Assembly: GCA_043228905.1 (NCBI GenBank)
Contig: JBHGNT010000017.1
Coordinates: 5,518,001 to 5,582,000, forward strand
Direction of reading: 5' to 3'
Length of the DNA: 64,000 bases
From: Azolla caroliniana
Lineage: Eukaryota; Plantae; Polypodiophyta
A program made the translations under genes and the position numbers. The notes under the pieces are model-generated. The model had not been told where the DNA came from. It saw nothing but the letters and a program-made list of their open reading frames with translations, and made no database searches. Shown in pieces: positions 13,301 through 26,901 of the stretch (the stretch's first letter is position 1; every line of letters starts with the position of its first letter).

Positions 13301-16300
13301 GATTGGTCCTGTATCATAAATTTACCAAATAAAAATAAAAGATTTCAAAGACTCTACATCATTGACATGCCATAAAGAGAGACAGACATATACTGCATGT
13401 TTCCTCTATATATGAGAATGTATAAATGAGTACATAACGATCACAAATATAGAAGTTTCTATGTGTTTAGAATGGTCCACTGACCTAGAAATGTGGTGTA
13501 AAATCTTCTTATGTACAGATATTTTAACATCTCCAAGCAATTCATCAAGTATATCAACAAAATATGGCTGCATAACACCTTCAATTTAAACACAAAATTG
13601 ACATGGAAATTAATATGACTGTTAACAGTGTCATCTCATTACCAAATCAAGAATGTGCTTTAGATCTGATATTTTTATCATGACTTTCATGATAATAGAT
13701 TCCAGAATCTGAAGTGCCTCATCTGTTATTTCCGCCTTTGTCAAATGCTTCTTGATGTCTCTCAGTAGTACATGAAGTTCTGTCTCCTGCAGTTCTCCCC
13801 ATAATTGCACACATATGCATCTACCCATAATTCAAATCATGCAGAAAACATAAGCTAGATCAATCCCCTGGTTTAGATAAGCTCACCGAACAACATTGGA
13901 GAATATAATCAATGAAGACATCCGCTACCACCAGATACTCTATTAAGCGTGAAAATTTTGATACAACCTGTTATGAAAACATTCATTTTAGGTTCTACAG
14001 GAAAAAACAGTACCCCATCTGGTAACGTCTGTAACTCTACCTTCCAAATGTCATTTAGAACCGTTAGCCGGGTTTCCTCTGGAGGGTTATATTCGCATAA
14101 TTTCGCTCCAAGAAGTGTATAGTTCATGTACTATATAGATTTAGCAGATTGTGTTAATAATGTCTGTCTGCTTCTTGAGAAAAATTTAACAGTGGGGCCT
14201 CAAATATGCGCACAACCACCGATGAAGAAAATCATCATAATCACAGAAATCTATAGCAATTAAACATCTACTTACCATTAAACTGAAGCACTATTGGCTT
14301 CACTATATCACACATACTTACTTGGGGCTTTGAAGCATCATTGGAGCTCTTCACTATCTTTGATAGGTCTATCACCTGACTTGCCACCAGAGATGCAGGA
14401 AGCTCTTTCAGTAAGTAATACACAACAACAGAGACAGGACCTGTACCTTCTGCGTTTACACATAAGCCTGATTGCTGATCACAAAATGTTCTGAGAATAA
14501 ACAATAACTCCTCCTACATAGGAAACACCAGAAGGTATCCTTTATGGTCTTGATCATCAAAATACAATCTAGGTTCGAGTTATTTATTTATTTTGAAGAA
14601 ACCTACGCAACTGAATGGTTACAAGAATACAGATACACTGACCTTTGTAGCATATTGACATATATAATGTATGTACAGCTCAAACATAGGCTCCATCAAG
14701 CTAGCATATGCTTGCCTATTCAAGGAACTTCTGCTAGTATTAATTTCTCCTGATAGAACCTTCTGGAACAGTAAAAGATAATCATCCAGACCCATCATAA
14801 GGTATCCTGTTTCAACATATTAGAATTATATTAATAGTCCAGAAGGCATGTTTTGTCTTTTAGAAAACAGAATATCTACAAAATGCACTGATTGAAGTTC
14901 ACCCAACAGATTGGGGAAGGGGAATCACGCAACTCCTCAAAACTTACACTCTCCCTAAATGCCTGATCAGAGCTAATAATTCATATCCTGGTTTAGCATT
15001 AGACAACACTTCACTGCACTTACAAAATTCATACCACTGTTCTAGATCCACACAGTTCAATGTTGGTTACCCAAATGACTAAGTCTAAAATAGGGCTATG
15101 CTAATATTTGTCTCATACCAGTATCTCGTGGCATAATAGTTTGCCCTTTATGAGCTAGGTATATGCGCGCATATGCAGCTGCTAATGGATCGGTGATGCC
15201 TCTAATCATCAACACCAAACGTTGAAAAGTTGACTTGGGAGGCTCATTCTCAAGAAAACGCATACAGTGCATGATGGAAATTTCCAAATATCTGCAAATA
15301 TTCACAAAAAACCGAAAAGATGAAAACATAAAAGATAATTCAATGAAAAATTTGTTGGGACCAATAGATTTGTAAATGAGCACAACTAACTACAAGAATG
15401 CTGGCATTCCTCTCAAAGAGCCACAAGAACTCAATCTCAATTACTTCTACAATTACAAGGAGAAGTGGAGTTAGTAAAGATGGATGCCTTAAGCTTACTC
15501 TAAATTTATAAGGACATTTGATTAAGAATTTCCCTGAAACAAGGAAGATTTAACCAGTTCTGAACCATTTTAACTTTCATAGACAGGTTGTAACAAATAG
15601 CATGCCAATATTTGACCATGGGAGTCCAGGATTATTATTTACTATGTGTTCATTTAGCCGCTAAATATGCCTCATCACTATGGCTTACTGGAAAGAAAAT
15701 CAGATTTAATTATCTTCTTACAGCTCCTATAAGATATATTATATAGCAACTCTATTTAAGAAACAGCTTGCATGGGAATTTATGTCAGTCCACATGCACA
15801 TAGTATTAACACAAAAATTCAAGAGCATGCAAATACAAAACATAAAGATTGCATATGATCATGAAGCAAGATTAAAATCTTATATGAATTTTTCCTAAAG
15901 ACGTTTAAGATAAAAATATCAAAATGTATACTGAAGCTCAAATGTGAGAACTGGTTTTTAGTTGACAAATTATGAAGCTATGACTAAACCAGAAGAAATA
16001 TAGCTACTCACATTCGAGGGATGAGCTCATGAATGGAACCAATCTTGTAGAACCAATTGTTGCATGTGTCTTTTGCCTCTTGGCATATATCATCAGATGA
16101 AAAATTATCTACATCATAAAAAGAGCACAGTTCAGGATATGCCAATAATGGTAATCATTGTTTAGAGATTATTTCAAATCTTGATTCAGTAAAAGAGGAT
16201 CAAGCAAGATACTAAAGCAGAATTTTATTGAGGGGCATGCGTGATTTAAAGCATGCAGCTTAGAAATGCTCAATAAACCAGAGTTTACTGAAACAAAACT

Positions 16301-19300
16301 GCATTTGCCAGCTGGCCCACAATCCTAGATATGGTTCAGAGTCAGACTACCCTATTAATCCTATCTTGCAAACTTATTGCACAAGCAATATCTTCACAAT
16401 CCAGGTGGGTGAAACCTCCAAGATATCTATGCAAAACTTGCATATCCGACTGTAAGAAAAATACATATGCCATAACTGCTATTCCCACAAGTCCTTAACA
16501 ATAAGAAAGGGTTGAACTTAAAATATAACAAGTGAACAGATTCTATGACAAAGGCAAAAAATGATAAAAGTGAAGAGAAATAATAGAAGTTATTATTACT
16601 ATTATTAAAGAAACTGCATACACACTGAAAATTAATAGAATTGAACCTCCCGAAATATAGAAAACCCTTCATATTTCACTTCTTCTAGGCAACATCATTA
16701 TGAACAGAACCATACCATTTGGCATTCAATTTTTGACATACAAAGGAACTTTCACATATTCATTCCATTGAAGAGAATACCAAATGCACTTCAGCACTCA
16801 TGGAATTTTGGGCTTACTGGACAAAATCTTAATTCGTTGTCCGTTATCATTCACCTCCGCTTTTCCTTTTATCCGTTTCCAGACTAATGACCCAATTGTC
16901 TCCAGAATATCTGTGACCAATATGAACAGGGTGGGGTAAAATTTTGGAACAGATGTATCGGAAAGAAGTTTGGCGACCTACAAAGGCATAAGAAATGAAC
17001 CTGTTAGGTAACAAAAATAGAAAGATAAATGCCTCTATGGCATGCACATTGATGTTTTAACAAGCATCCAGTGAGAGGAATGCAAAAGATCAGCTATCCA
17101 AGTTCAGAAATTCCTTCTAGATGTTTGAAAGGCTGGAGAAGTTGCTGAAACTTTAACTTAAGACTCATGAATATCAAATATATAGAAAAATATCATTGAG
17201 TGATTAAAACAGTCAAAGACTTCTAGACCGTCTCCTATAATTTGCCAATAAGCACTTTCTTCTCAGGTAGATTCAATTTTGGATTTGTAGATAGTGACTT
17301 TGTTCTACAGTTTTTGAAGGTTTTTTCTTTTGTTTGCCAGGTTTTCATGGTTTCAAATTTTATGTTGCTAGAAACATGTCATCATTTATACAGCCCCATT
17401 GGTCACACATGTTTTAATTCAATCATGGGTCCTCTTGTATAATTTTCAAACTAATACAACCTCGTTTATATAAAATAAATAGAGGTTGGTATCATGTGCA
17501 GGCATAGAACGTAATATTCGTGTTCATGGAAGCATTCAAATGTTTGAAAAGGCAAAAATACGTGTTCCTTTTTTTTGTACTTTGTTTTACTTTTCTTACT
17601 TTTTTTTTACTTCTCCCTCTCTCTCTCTCCTCCTCATGAATCTTCTTCTGCTAATCATGATCAGAACGCCACTAATCCACCATATCTTGGCGGCCATGAT
17701 TTCTCCAACCATTCTGTTGTGTTTCTTGATCCTCCTCCTTTCCACCTAGTCTACGGGTATGGCTATGACGATCTTCTTTACAACGATTCTGCCGCCAGGC
17801 CATGGATGCAGTGCTCCATGGCTTCTGCTACATCTCAGCCTCCTCAATATAATTCATGGGGAGCGATGGGGAGCTCTGGGCAGTAGGTGTGGCTCATCAT
17901 CGTGGAGAGGATGAGGGAGGAGATCCTTAGAGCCAGGGACATGCTCAGAGCCAACATTAATCTCAAGAACACCATGATGATGAGCAAAAAGAACAGAAGC
18001 TTGATCCACCATGTCGATTAGAATCAGATGCCAGAATCAGATGAATCATAGTCATGGTGATCCTCATAATCAGATGAATCATAGTCATGGTCCATGGACC
18101 ATGGTGATCCTCAGAAACAAAAACAGAATCAGAGTTATCACGATGATGGCGGTGATCGAACAATAGGAAAAATCTGAGGACGAAGAGAAGGAAGATGAAT
18201 GGTCCTGGGACTACTCCCATAGAAGTTGAAGCTTTAGCTCATAACACCTGCCACTCTCTTGCTCTCTCTCCCTCTTTCTCTCTCTTTCTAATCTTTAGTA
18301 CTTTAATAATTTCTAAAGTATTGAAACTTGATGACATGTGATTCAATCAATACCATTCTTATATATCCAATCCAACGTTGAAATGACTTACCATACACGT
18401 ATGATTGAATCATTCTCGAATGCGAATGCACGTATGATACATATGGTTCATTCTATGTGTGCAGGTATGATAACATCTTATTACCAAAGATCAAATGTTT
18501 TTCCTGGTGAGACAATTTTAGGAATTAACTTCAAACAAGAATATGGAATTTAGCAAGCACATTTTTATGGATCACAGTGCAATTATTAGATTTAGATTTG
18601 ATCTATTCTATTAATTCATTGAAGTCATCGGTGTTTCTATTTACATATGTTCTACTCCAGAAAATTTGCTTCAGGATAGCAATGCTATAAAAAAACAGTA
18701 TTTTGATATCCTCAGTAACCAATCTAACCTTCACTGCTAATCTGAGAGCAGCAACACGCTCATTCTTTAGCCAAGCATGAGCAATGTCATCATTAAGTTC
18801 ACGCAAACGGGTCACATACTCCTCTTGAGACATGATCTCTTCTTCTTCATTTGTCGATTTACTACGATCATCCAGCTCCTCTACATGTGATGCTTTTATT
18901 GATCTTCCTGCATTCAGAAGTTCACTGTGATTATCTATCAGCGACAATGTTAAAACTACAACAATCTGCTCCCCTTTGACAAATAAATTATGGCTTCCAA
19001 CCTTCTTAAAATTATAGCACGTTTAACATATCTATAATTTGTGATTCAAGAGTGATCCACCAATGAAAAATGATATCTGTTGGTTAATATTTGAATAAAA
19101 ATGTGCTTCTAAAGAAGCAAATTCTCTGAAATTACAAAGATTCTCAAAAGCAAAGACAGGCAGCTTGAAATTCTAGACCCTGGTTTCAACACTACCTGAA
19201 ACATAAGTAAAAGATACACTAAAATCTCTAAATGAAAGAGAGTACCACTTCTCCACTCGGATAAGGTAATTTCCATCTCTTCTTACCATGCTCTGGAAAT

Positions 19301-22300
19301 CAAGGAGTATTTTCCAGTATATTTCATGCATATGCTATCCAAATATTGTCAATGCTTCATTTGGATTTCAAATGCATAGTTAAAAATCAACTTACATCTT
19401 AGCTGTCAAGCTGAAAAAACTACTGTTTCCCCATCAATTTCATATTTCTCAGTCCTTTGTTGTCATGGTCGTCAAGTATAATCGTCAATTAGCCAGGAAT
19501 CGGCCAGCTGGAGAAGACTATGTTCTGATGGTCAGGGCATTGATTTGTATAGCATCGGTGGTCGCCAGTCGACAGGGTCAACAACAAGCAGCTGGTGCTG
19601 GTGTGGTTAATTACTTAATGAACAGTAGTTGAGAACACTCACGAGTCAGAGTGAAATGCCACCAGATCAAGTAAAGCCAACACGGATTAAATGATAACCG
19701 TTTGATTATATGAGTACAAGTATGCAGCAGCACTTCGATAATAGAAGGTGGTTAAGAGCACCATTCAAACTAATCTCGGATTTACGAGGAGTGATGCTCT
19801 AGTCTGAGGCCAGATATAACTTCTCCTCTTATATAGAGGGAGCCGGGAGTGACAACCATATCAACTGTATTGTCTACACCGCTCATGCATATGGTATTAA
19901 AGCTTCATTGGCCACATAAAGTACCTCTTTAAATATCATTATGTGCTAGACCTCAACTGCTATAAGATATCTTAGATCTCATAAATTACAACATTGTTGG
20001 ACCTTTGGCCTCTTTATAGTTATAGGCCGCTAGTCATACAGTTATGCTCATCATATTATTACAACCTGCCATGGCAGACTGCCAAAATCTTTATAGGTGC
20101 ATTTGTGAAATTTTTAGTGCAAAGAACTTGAACACTAGAGTAGATAAAAAATTAGAAATCAAGCCTTGAAAACCTTGATAATCAATGACTGATGCATTAT
20201 TAATCAAAGAATGCCAGATCAATTTTCACAATGGCTCTATTATTTATATTAATTTTCCATACTGACTTCTTAAATGCTAATGGTGCTTTTAATTAAAGTA
20301 CCATTTCTCAACACAGCAAGGCTTATACTCTGTAATCATTACGACAATGTCAGCAGTCAACTTTCCCGTTGCAAAAGGATTCAGCAATCATTTTCATACT
20401 GAAACGCAGACTGGGAAAATAGTAAATCATGTCATCCCTGGCCTCAGAACATAATCCTATGAACTAGGATAAATCTGTTTAAATAGCTTCGTTTTTCCCT
20501 GAAAGTTGCTCTGAAAATGTCACTCAAGAGTGTCGTAACACATGGAAACAAAACCAATTAGGCATACAGCTACTATATTTCTTTATTACGTCTTATTATT
20601 CATTCATTATATTAGGATTTAATTGAGGGAGGCCATCGATCATGATGACGACAACATTGATCACGACTGTCATTGTATTATGAATTTACAGGTTACAATA
20701 ATTTTCTGTAACTTGTACAATGGATCTTTTACTAAATATCATCTTTAATTGTCCTCCATTAGTGTCTTCACTGTCCATTTAAATGGTAAATCTCTTAACA
20801 TTGCTTACACTGAAATTAAAATCATAAATAAATTGAAATAGGCATACCTTTGACACGTTTTGAAATAATGTCCAAGTTCTGCATCAGAGTAAATAAATAA
20901 ACATCTGCTAACTGTAACATTTTATGTGCATGGATGATAGACAAGATTGTTTTATTCTTACTGATGATACTTTGATTGTGTCATTTGAAGTGAACCGTTG
21001 CATTATGGAGATTCTATAGGCTTCCCATTCAGCTCCAGCTGATTCAACCTGATCATCCAGCTTCTCTGTAGATGTTGATTGATGAGGTGTTCTGCTTGTC
21101 ACAACTATACCTGGTGAACCAGCCAATACAGGATCATAGGCGGCAGTAACACCGAGAGGATCAGACAGCGCATTTACTGAAAGAGGATCAGGAGTGGCAT
21201 CATCCTGCTGCTCCATTGATATGATCTATGGACATGTATCATATCAGCTTCATTGATGCAACTCAACAAGTTCCACCAATAAGAAAATATTCTTGAGTAA
21301 CACAATACAAACACAACCTATTTGATGGATACCTATCAAACTAAAAGTTTTCAGGATAATTCTAGACGTTACATAAACATAATGCATCGTGTGATTTATA
21401 TCAAATTTTCAAATGATTTAGAAATGTTATTAAAAATGTTTCGCTTTCAATCGAACTTTTATTATTTACATATATCACCATCCTACAGCACCTGAGTTTT
21501 TAGCAAAGAATTATACATTGATGCATACTATATCAGGGTCCCTTCTCCAATTTCAACAATTTTACAATTTTTGAAGAAAGTTTCCATTTATATGAGTTGT
21601 AGAGAATTCCGATCAGAATTGTTATGCAGCCTCAGCATGTGAAAGTGACATACAGCCTCAACAGTCAGGGTGGGCCATGCAAAATATAGAGTTGGAAAGA
21701 TTCTCTCCAAGGTGAGAGGGAATCAACCATTAACAATTCAGTAGAAGCATCCCATCACTGTTCAAAGTTAAAACTGTGAATGCATCCGCTGTAACCTGGG
21801 ACCCATCACCATGTATCTAGAAACATCAGCTCTTCAAGATACACCATACAGTGATGCTGAAAAGTCTACTGGAAACGATATATCATTGTTGGTCATCTGA
21901 TTCATGGCAGCATGTTGGAGGCATAGCTAGTATGTGTCATCCTAAAGATAGGGTATGATGGAACTAGACCTTTGAGAGTAGTAACCTAATTGTACATCAA
22001 ACCACACAGGCATTTGAACAGAGCCGCAAGAAGGAAGCATGTGACTCCATTACAAGTGAGATCATTTTACTGGCAATCCTGTATGCACAATTTGCCAATG
22101 AAACTCAACTACTTGGCAACTGATACCAAGAGACCTAATGCTATTGTTTGAAACATAAGATGTGCATCTATGTGAATATTATCAATGCCCAAAATAAGGT
22201 GGGAACCAGGTGAAAATAGCCCTTGAGTTTACTTCATAAAAACATTGGTGTAGAATCTATGCTTGACTTTATAATGCCATTTACATTGACCTTTTATCAT

Positions 22301-23953
22301 GATCTATACACACACACACACATGCACCCACAAAAAATGGGCAATCCTTTGAATAATCCCAGATCCAAACTGCCTGTGATATACTGCTGTCAATAAATGG
22401 CGTGCTCTTTTGACTACATACTCCAAACAAGAACCATCATATAAGTACTTGATCCGGTGGGTATTGAATATGAATCGAAGTACAATAGCCCAACTCTATT
22501 AAAGTATAGTCCCTGAAGGAATAGTTGTGATTGTTGAGTGGCACCTCAGCGGAGAAATCTAAAAGAGGTCAACCACAAGCCCCATTGCGGCGATACACAA
22601 CAAAGTTGCATTCTTTACATTTAGAGGCACCCAAAATAGTGTAATGAATAATAATAAAAATAGTGATCAATATGTGGTAGATTACAAATTTAAAGTAAGA
22701 TAGATAATGTTATAATGGTGAAGCTTCATGATGACTAACTAATAAGTATGTGTCATTCCATAGAACAGCCCTCTTGCACCTCTGCTTGAAATATTTGTTA
22801 CATGGATACCACTATTTTCTAGTTGATATAGTTCTTCTCCCACAAGAGAATTTTATTCTCTGTATTTTTGTACCAAGCTACAATAAGCCACAATTTCTCG
22901 TTTTATTTTCAGCGATCATTCTCTAGCATAGATTTGGTATCTCAATCTGCTTTTGGTTTGATCCTCAATCTTATGGGTCTAGTTTATTCTATGTAGATTT
23001 ATTAGCTTACGATTTTGTATTACCAATCTTTGAACTCCAAAAACATGCATTCTAACACATCTACTACCTTATCTAAATTCTATGGCAACAATAGAATTTC
23101 TTCCACAACCTCCTAGTTATCAAAAAGTGCATCTTTCTCTGATTCCTACATGTGAATCTGTTCTTCAGAATGATGAAAACATACACAATGGTCACTGCCT
23201 CCGTTTCCACATGAAATCATCAAGCTTAATGCAACTTCCATTTACTTTTAGGGATTGATGAAAGTGCATGTCGTTTCTGCCTTAGTATGAATCCAATCTT
23301 AACGCAGTCTTCTGCCTCCTTACAGGCCAGTGATGAAAAAGTTCAATTGTACAAATTTCACCTCCTTATGGATACATGAAGAAAAACTGCACTATTTTGA
23401 CGGCTTTACTATGACTCTAACCTAATACAATTCCCATCTGTTCTGGGCATTGATGAAAACAAAATATCCACTATTTCTGTTCGCCTTAGTGTGTATCCAG
23501 TCTAAATGAAGGCTCTTACAATTTTCCATTTCCTTCTAGTTAGTGGTGTGGATAATTTATTTTTTCCTCTTCTTTTGTGTGATGATCATGATTCAACAAT
23601 CCTAAATAACGATTTTTCCATATCCTTTTGCCGTAGTGATGTGCAAAAAGAGCGTCATTTTCCATTGCATTAGTGTTTGATGTAAATAAAGTTCCCAATT
23701 GACACCAAGACTAAGTACAACATTCCCTTATTTCCCCTAAATCATTTTCTTTTCCTTTCCTTTTCTTCGTAGTGATGGAAGAGAAATCATTTCCTTCTTG
23801 TTATATTCATCCGGATTCCTTGAAAGAAGACATTGTTGAAAAGGGAGAAAGATTTACCTTATGTTGATGAGATGAGGTGATCAATGGGTGTTCGACGACG
23901 TTCTGCCTCTGCATAATTTCCTCCTCTGCATACTTTCGCTCTCTGAACTTCAT
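10380..23953 (-). CDS. VPS35L: VPS35 endosomal protein sorting factor-like (retriever subunit, C16orf62/UPF0505 family); multi-exon
   Basis: Exons on the minus strand: 23953-23858, 21225-20962, 20878-20848, 18907-18729, 16977-16818, 16108-16012, 15291-15119, 14806-14643, 14513-14322, 14130-14041, 13967-13887, 13786-13643, 13567-13485, 13308-13167, 12994-12911, 12780-12604, 12465-12378, 11516-11454, 11381-11321, 11244-11145, 10975-10859, 10767-10720, 10619-10380 (end of last exon less certain). Hallmarks: [83 protein letters not shown]. Confidence 0.93.
17481..18478. mobile_element. Possible degenerate TIR element (MULE-like) in a VPS35L intron
   Basis: The left end (agaggttggtatcatgtgcaggcatagaa...gcattc) roughly matches the reverse complement of the right end (gaatgc...ttctatgtgtgcaggtatgataacatct) over ~70 bp; the interior is more GC-rich than the intron; no clean TSD. 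Confidence 0.4.
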
Positions 23954-24769
23954 GTTGTCTCCGTCTCTCCGTGTCTCTGACTCTGAGTCTGTCTCACCAA
24001 CACTTGGTGTTTGATTTGCAGAAGAAATTGTATTTACACAAATACCCCCCCTCCAATTTTTCAAATTCCAAACATACCCCCCCCCCCCCTTCCACACACA
24101 CACACACATTCAACACTACAAATGAATGTACCACAACAGGACACCACTCGTTGTATTGGTGTTAAATAAGAATCGATAATTAGGGATGTTTTGTCACCAT
24201 TTCAATGGGTTCTCATTCATGCAGCAAGAGCTTTATCCTCACCATCATATAAGGTTGTTCTTTACTACCTTTCGGTATTAGGGTATGTGATGCAATTGGA
24301 ACTGTTGGTAGTTTGTCGAACTGAACATTCTGAATTTGGTTTATTTTATGTCGGTTCCTAGAAAATTCATCTGGATATGTTTGCAAGCCAAGCTTTGTGG
24401 ACACCTTGTCCCCGCCAAGAGAGCTTTGTGGGCGTAAATATAACTTGGAATTGGAAACCATTTTCTTAGTCAAGTTTATAATATAATTGGAACAATTGTC
24501 ATGAACATGTACAAAATGTTACGGATTTTCGAGGACATAAAACCCTTGACCTCCTCAATGTGCACCTTAAACTTCAACAATAATATAATCATATAATGCA
24601 AATAGTCATATGCAACATCTCATATTTAGTATTGTCTAAGTTCACACTATTCTCGCACTCTACATCATTGCTATCATAGGACATTATCTAATAGCTATGC
24701 ATGTTGGCCAACATGCATAAGACTAGGTAGTAATATATACAATGAAATATTAACTCACCTAGAGAAGTT

Positions 24770-25350
24770 TGACAATAAGTGTTCTCAAATTTCAGAAATC
24801 GCGAATCAAGTGCATCTTGGTGATTCAAATGCATTCCAAACAATACCCGATCAAATTGTTTGAGATGGATTTATGGAACTTTATTAATGGGCACGACATC
24901 ATGATTGTTCTTGACAATTGGGAGATATTGGTAGCTCATTATCTAATAACTCCAACCTTACGTTTGATGCGACTAAAGGCATGATATCTTGAATGAACAG
25001 ATAATAAAGATCATTAGTAGTGAGAGTAATCAAAAGGGTCCATTTGAATAATTGGGATTCTATGGTTTTGATATGGCAAGCGGTGTGGATACATGCAAAT
25101 CTAGTTACGGATATGCATTTCCACTTGCCAATTCCAACGGCGTAGTTTCATGGTGTTCTAGACTGCAGAGGATTGTCATAATATATACTATTGAGGCTAA
25201 ATAATTTTGAGCAATCAAGGCTTTGAAAGAAACTGTATAATCAATATGTTTCTACAATAATACGAATGTCATGTTCCACGCACGCACTAAGCACATTAAT
25301 ATGCAATATCACTTTATAAGGGAGGTGGTAGAGGACAAACTCGTCCCCTA
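24770..25350 (+). mobile_element. Highly degraded Ty1/copia fragment (RNase H remnant, possible gag remnant)
   Basis: FHARTKHINMQYHFIREVVEDK at 25271-25340 and VSWCSRLQ upstream are copia RNase H motifs. Confidence 0.7.
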
Positions 25351-26901
25351 CAAAGTAGATTATTACATGAGCTCCAAAAACCTATGTGTATTCCATCCCA
25401 TCCTTATGTGTTATCTTCTCACCTTATGTATTTTCACAGCACCCTTCCCACTACTTTGAACTTCAATACAGAAAATTATATGCCTCAAAGAATTTAATAT
25501 GCAAAAAACTTTTGAATGTATAAAGACTCCAAATGGTATCTTACAAATGGGTATTGATAGTATGTGATAACACATGGAGTGTGAGACATTTGAATTTACA
25601 ATATGGAATTTCAACACAAATATGGAAGATGCATCATTATGAGACATGTAAGTTGAGGTTTATGATGTAATGTGTGAACAACTTTCATACGATACATCGC
25701 ACCTTGCAAACATTGAAACATTACGGTACATACACCACCAAAAAGGGTGCCTCCAATGGACAAAGCAAACTCATATGGAGGCACATCAAAACGTTATTGC
25801 GAAACACAAGGCTAATTGCATCAACATCCTAAAAGAAAGTATATATATGTCCAATATGTCAAATCATAGAACATTGCAAACCATTTAAACCTCTAGAAAT
25901 GGAGCATGGCATAATATGTATGGTTGCACAATATATTCAAATTACACTAGAGTGAAGTGATGCACCTAACAATAGAAGTGGGAAATATGGTAGTCCTATC
26001 ATACAATTATGACATGTTACATACATTCCTAGAGCTTAAAGATCAATATATTATTAACTCCTACATTCCCATGTTTAAACCTCAAGATCAATACATGATA
26101 TCTTACCAAGTGCATATGTTCAAACATTATGTTTACAGCTACGTATTGAGGGAATGGCAGCATAATGGATGGTGAGTTAGTTTCATGTACAAGGATGGTC
26201 TCTATAATGATACTAATCATTGTAACTGCATGATTATCTCTCAAAGCGAGATGTTGAAGTATACTTCCAAATATGGGAAGTCAGCATTAGTTTGATGCAA
26301 AAACATTGCGATTTAAAAATAGAGACAGTATGCCATCATTGAGAAGAAGATTGTCAACTGTGCCAAACAAACATATTGTGGTGTGGTAAAAATGGGTGAT
26401 AAGATCAAAAGTAAAGAGTAAAGGTTGTAGCAAATAATGGCAAACAAACATTGGATAATATATTTGTAGAGTTCATTACTGGTACAAAACGTTTAGTAGT
26501 AAACATAAAAATTGTGAATGTAACTCATTGTAGAAGTGGTCCATCAAGATTTTTACTTGTATATTCACGTAATAGAATAGTCATACAGTGAAAAGCCAAC
26601 AAAGATTCAAGAGCCATTCATGTACTAATCTGTTCATTTGGCATTCCAACTATTATCTGCGCAATGGAGTCAAACTTCTTTAGACCTTCAACACCTAAAG
26701 AAGCTTCACCTCTAGTTACATGCAAAGAAAAATTTACTGAGCATTGATTCCCATCATGTTACTGTAAAACATTAAATCCAATATATTGTTTCCTATACTC
26801 CTTTTGCAAGGAAAGAGGAATCAGAAAACACAAAAGCCACCCAAAAGTTTCCACTCTCAAAACATGTTTTTCACGAGTAAAACTGGTACCTTAAGAAGAA
26901 G

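Noticed and set aside
19400-20070. Solo LTR in a VPS35L intron
   Set aside because: LTR-like composition, but no convincing termini or TSD.
23160-23790. Recurring TGATGA motifs in VPS35L intron 1 as a snoRNA cluster
   Set aside because: Antisense to the host gene and lacking paired CTGA boxes; looks like a degenerate AT-rich repeat.
24213-24473. 86-aa minus-strand ORF upstream of VPS35L
   Set aside because: Non-ATG start, no recognisable motif and no supporting splice structure.
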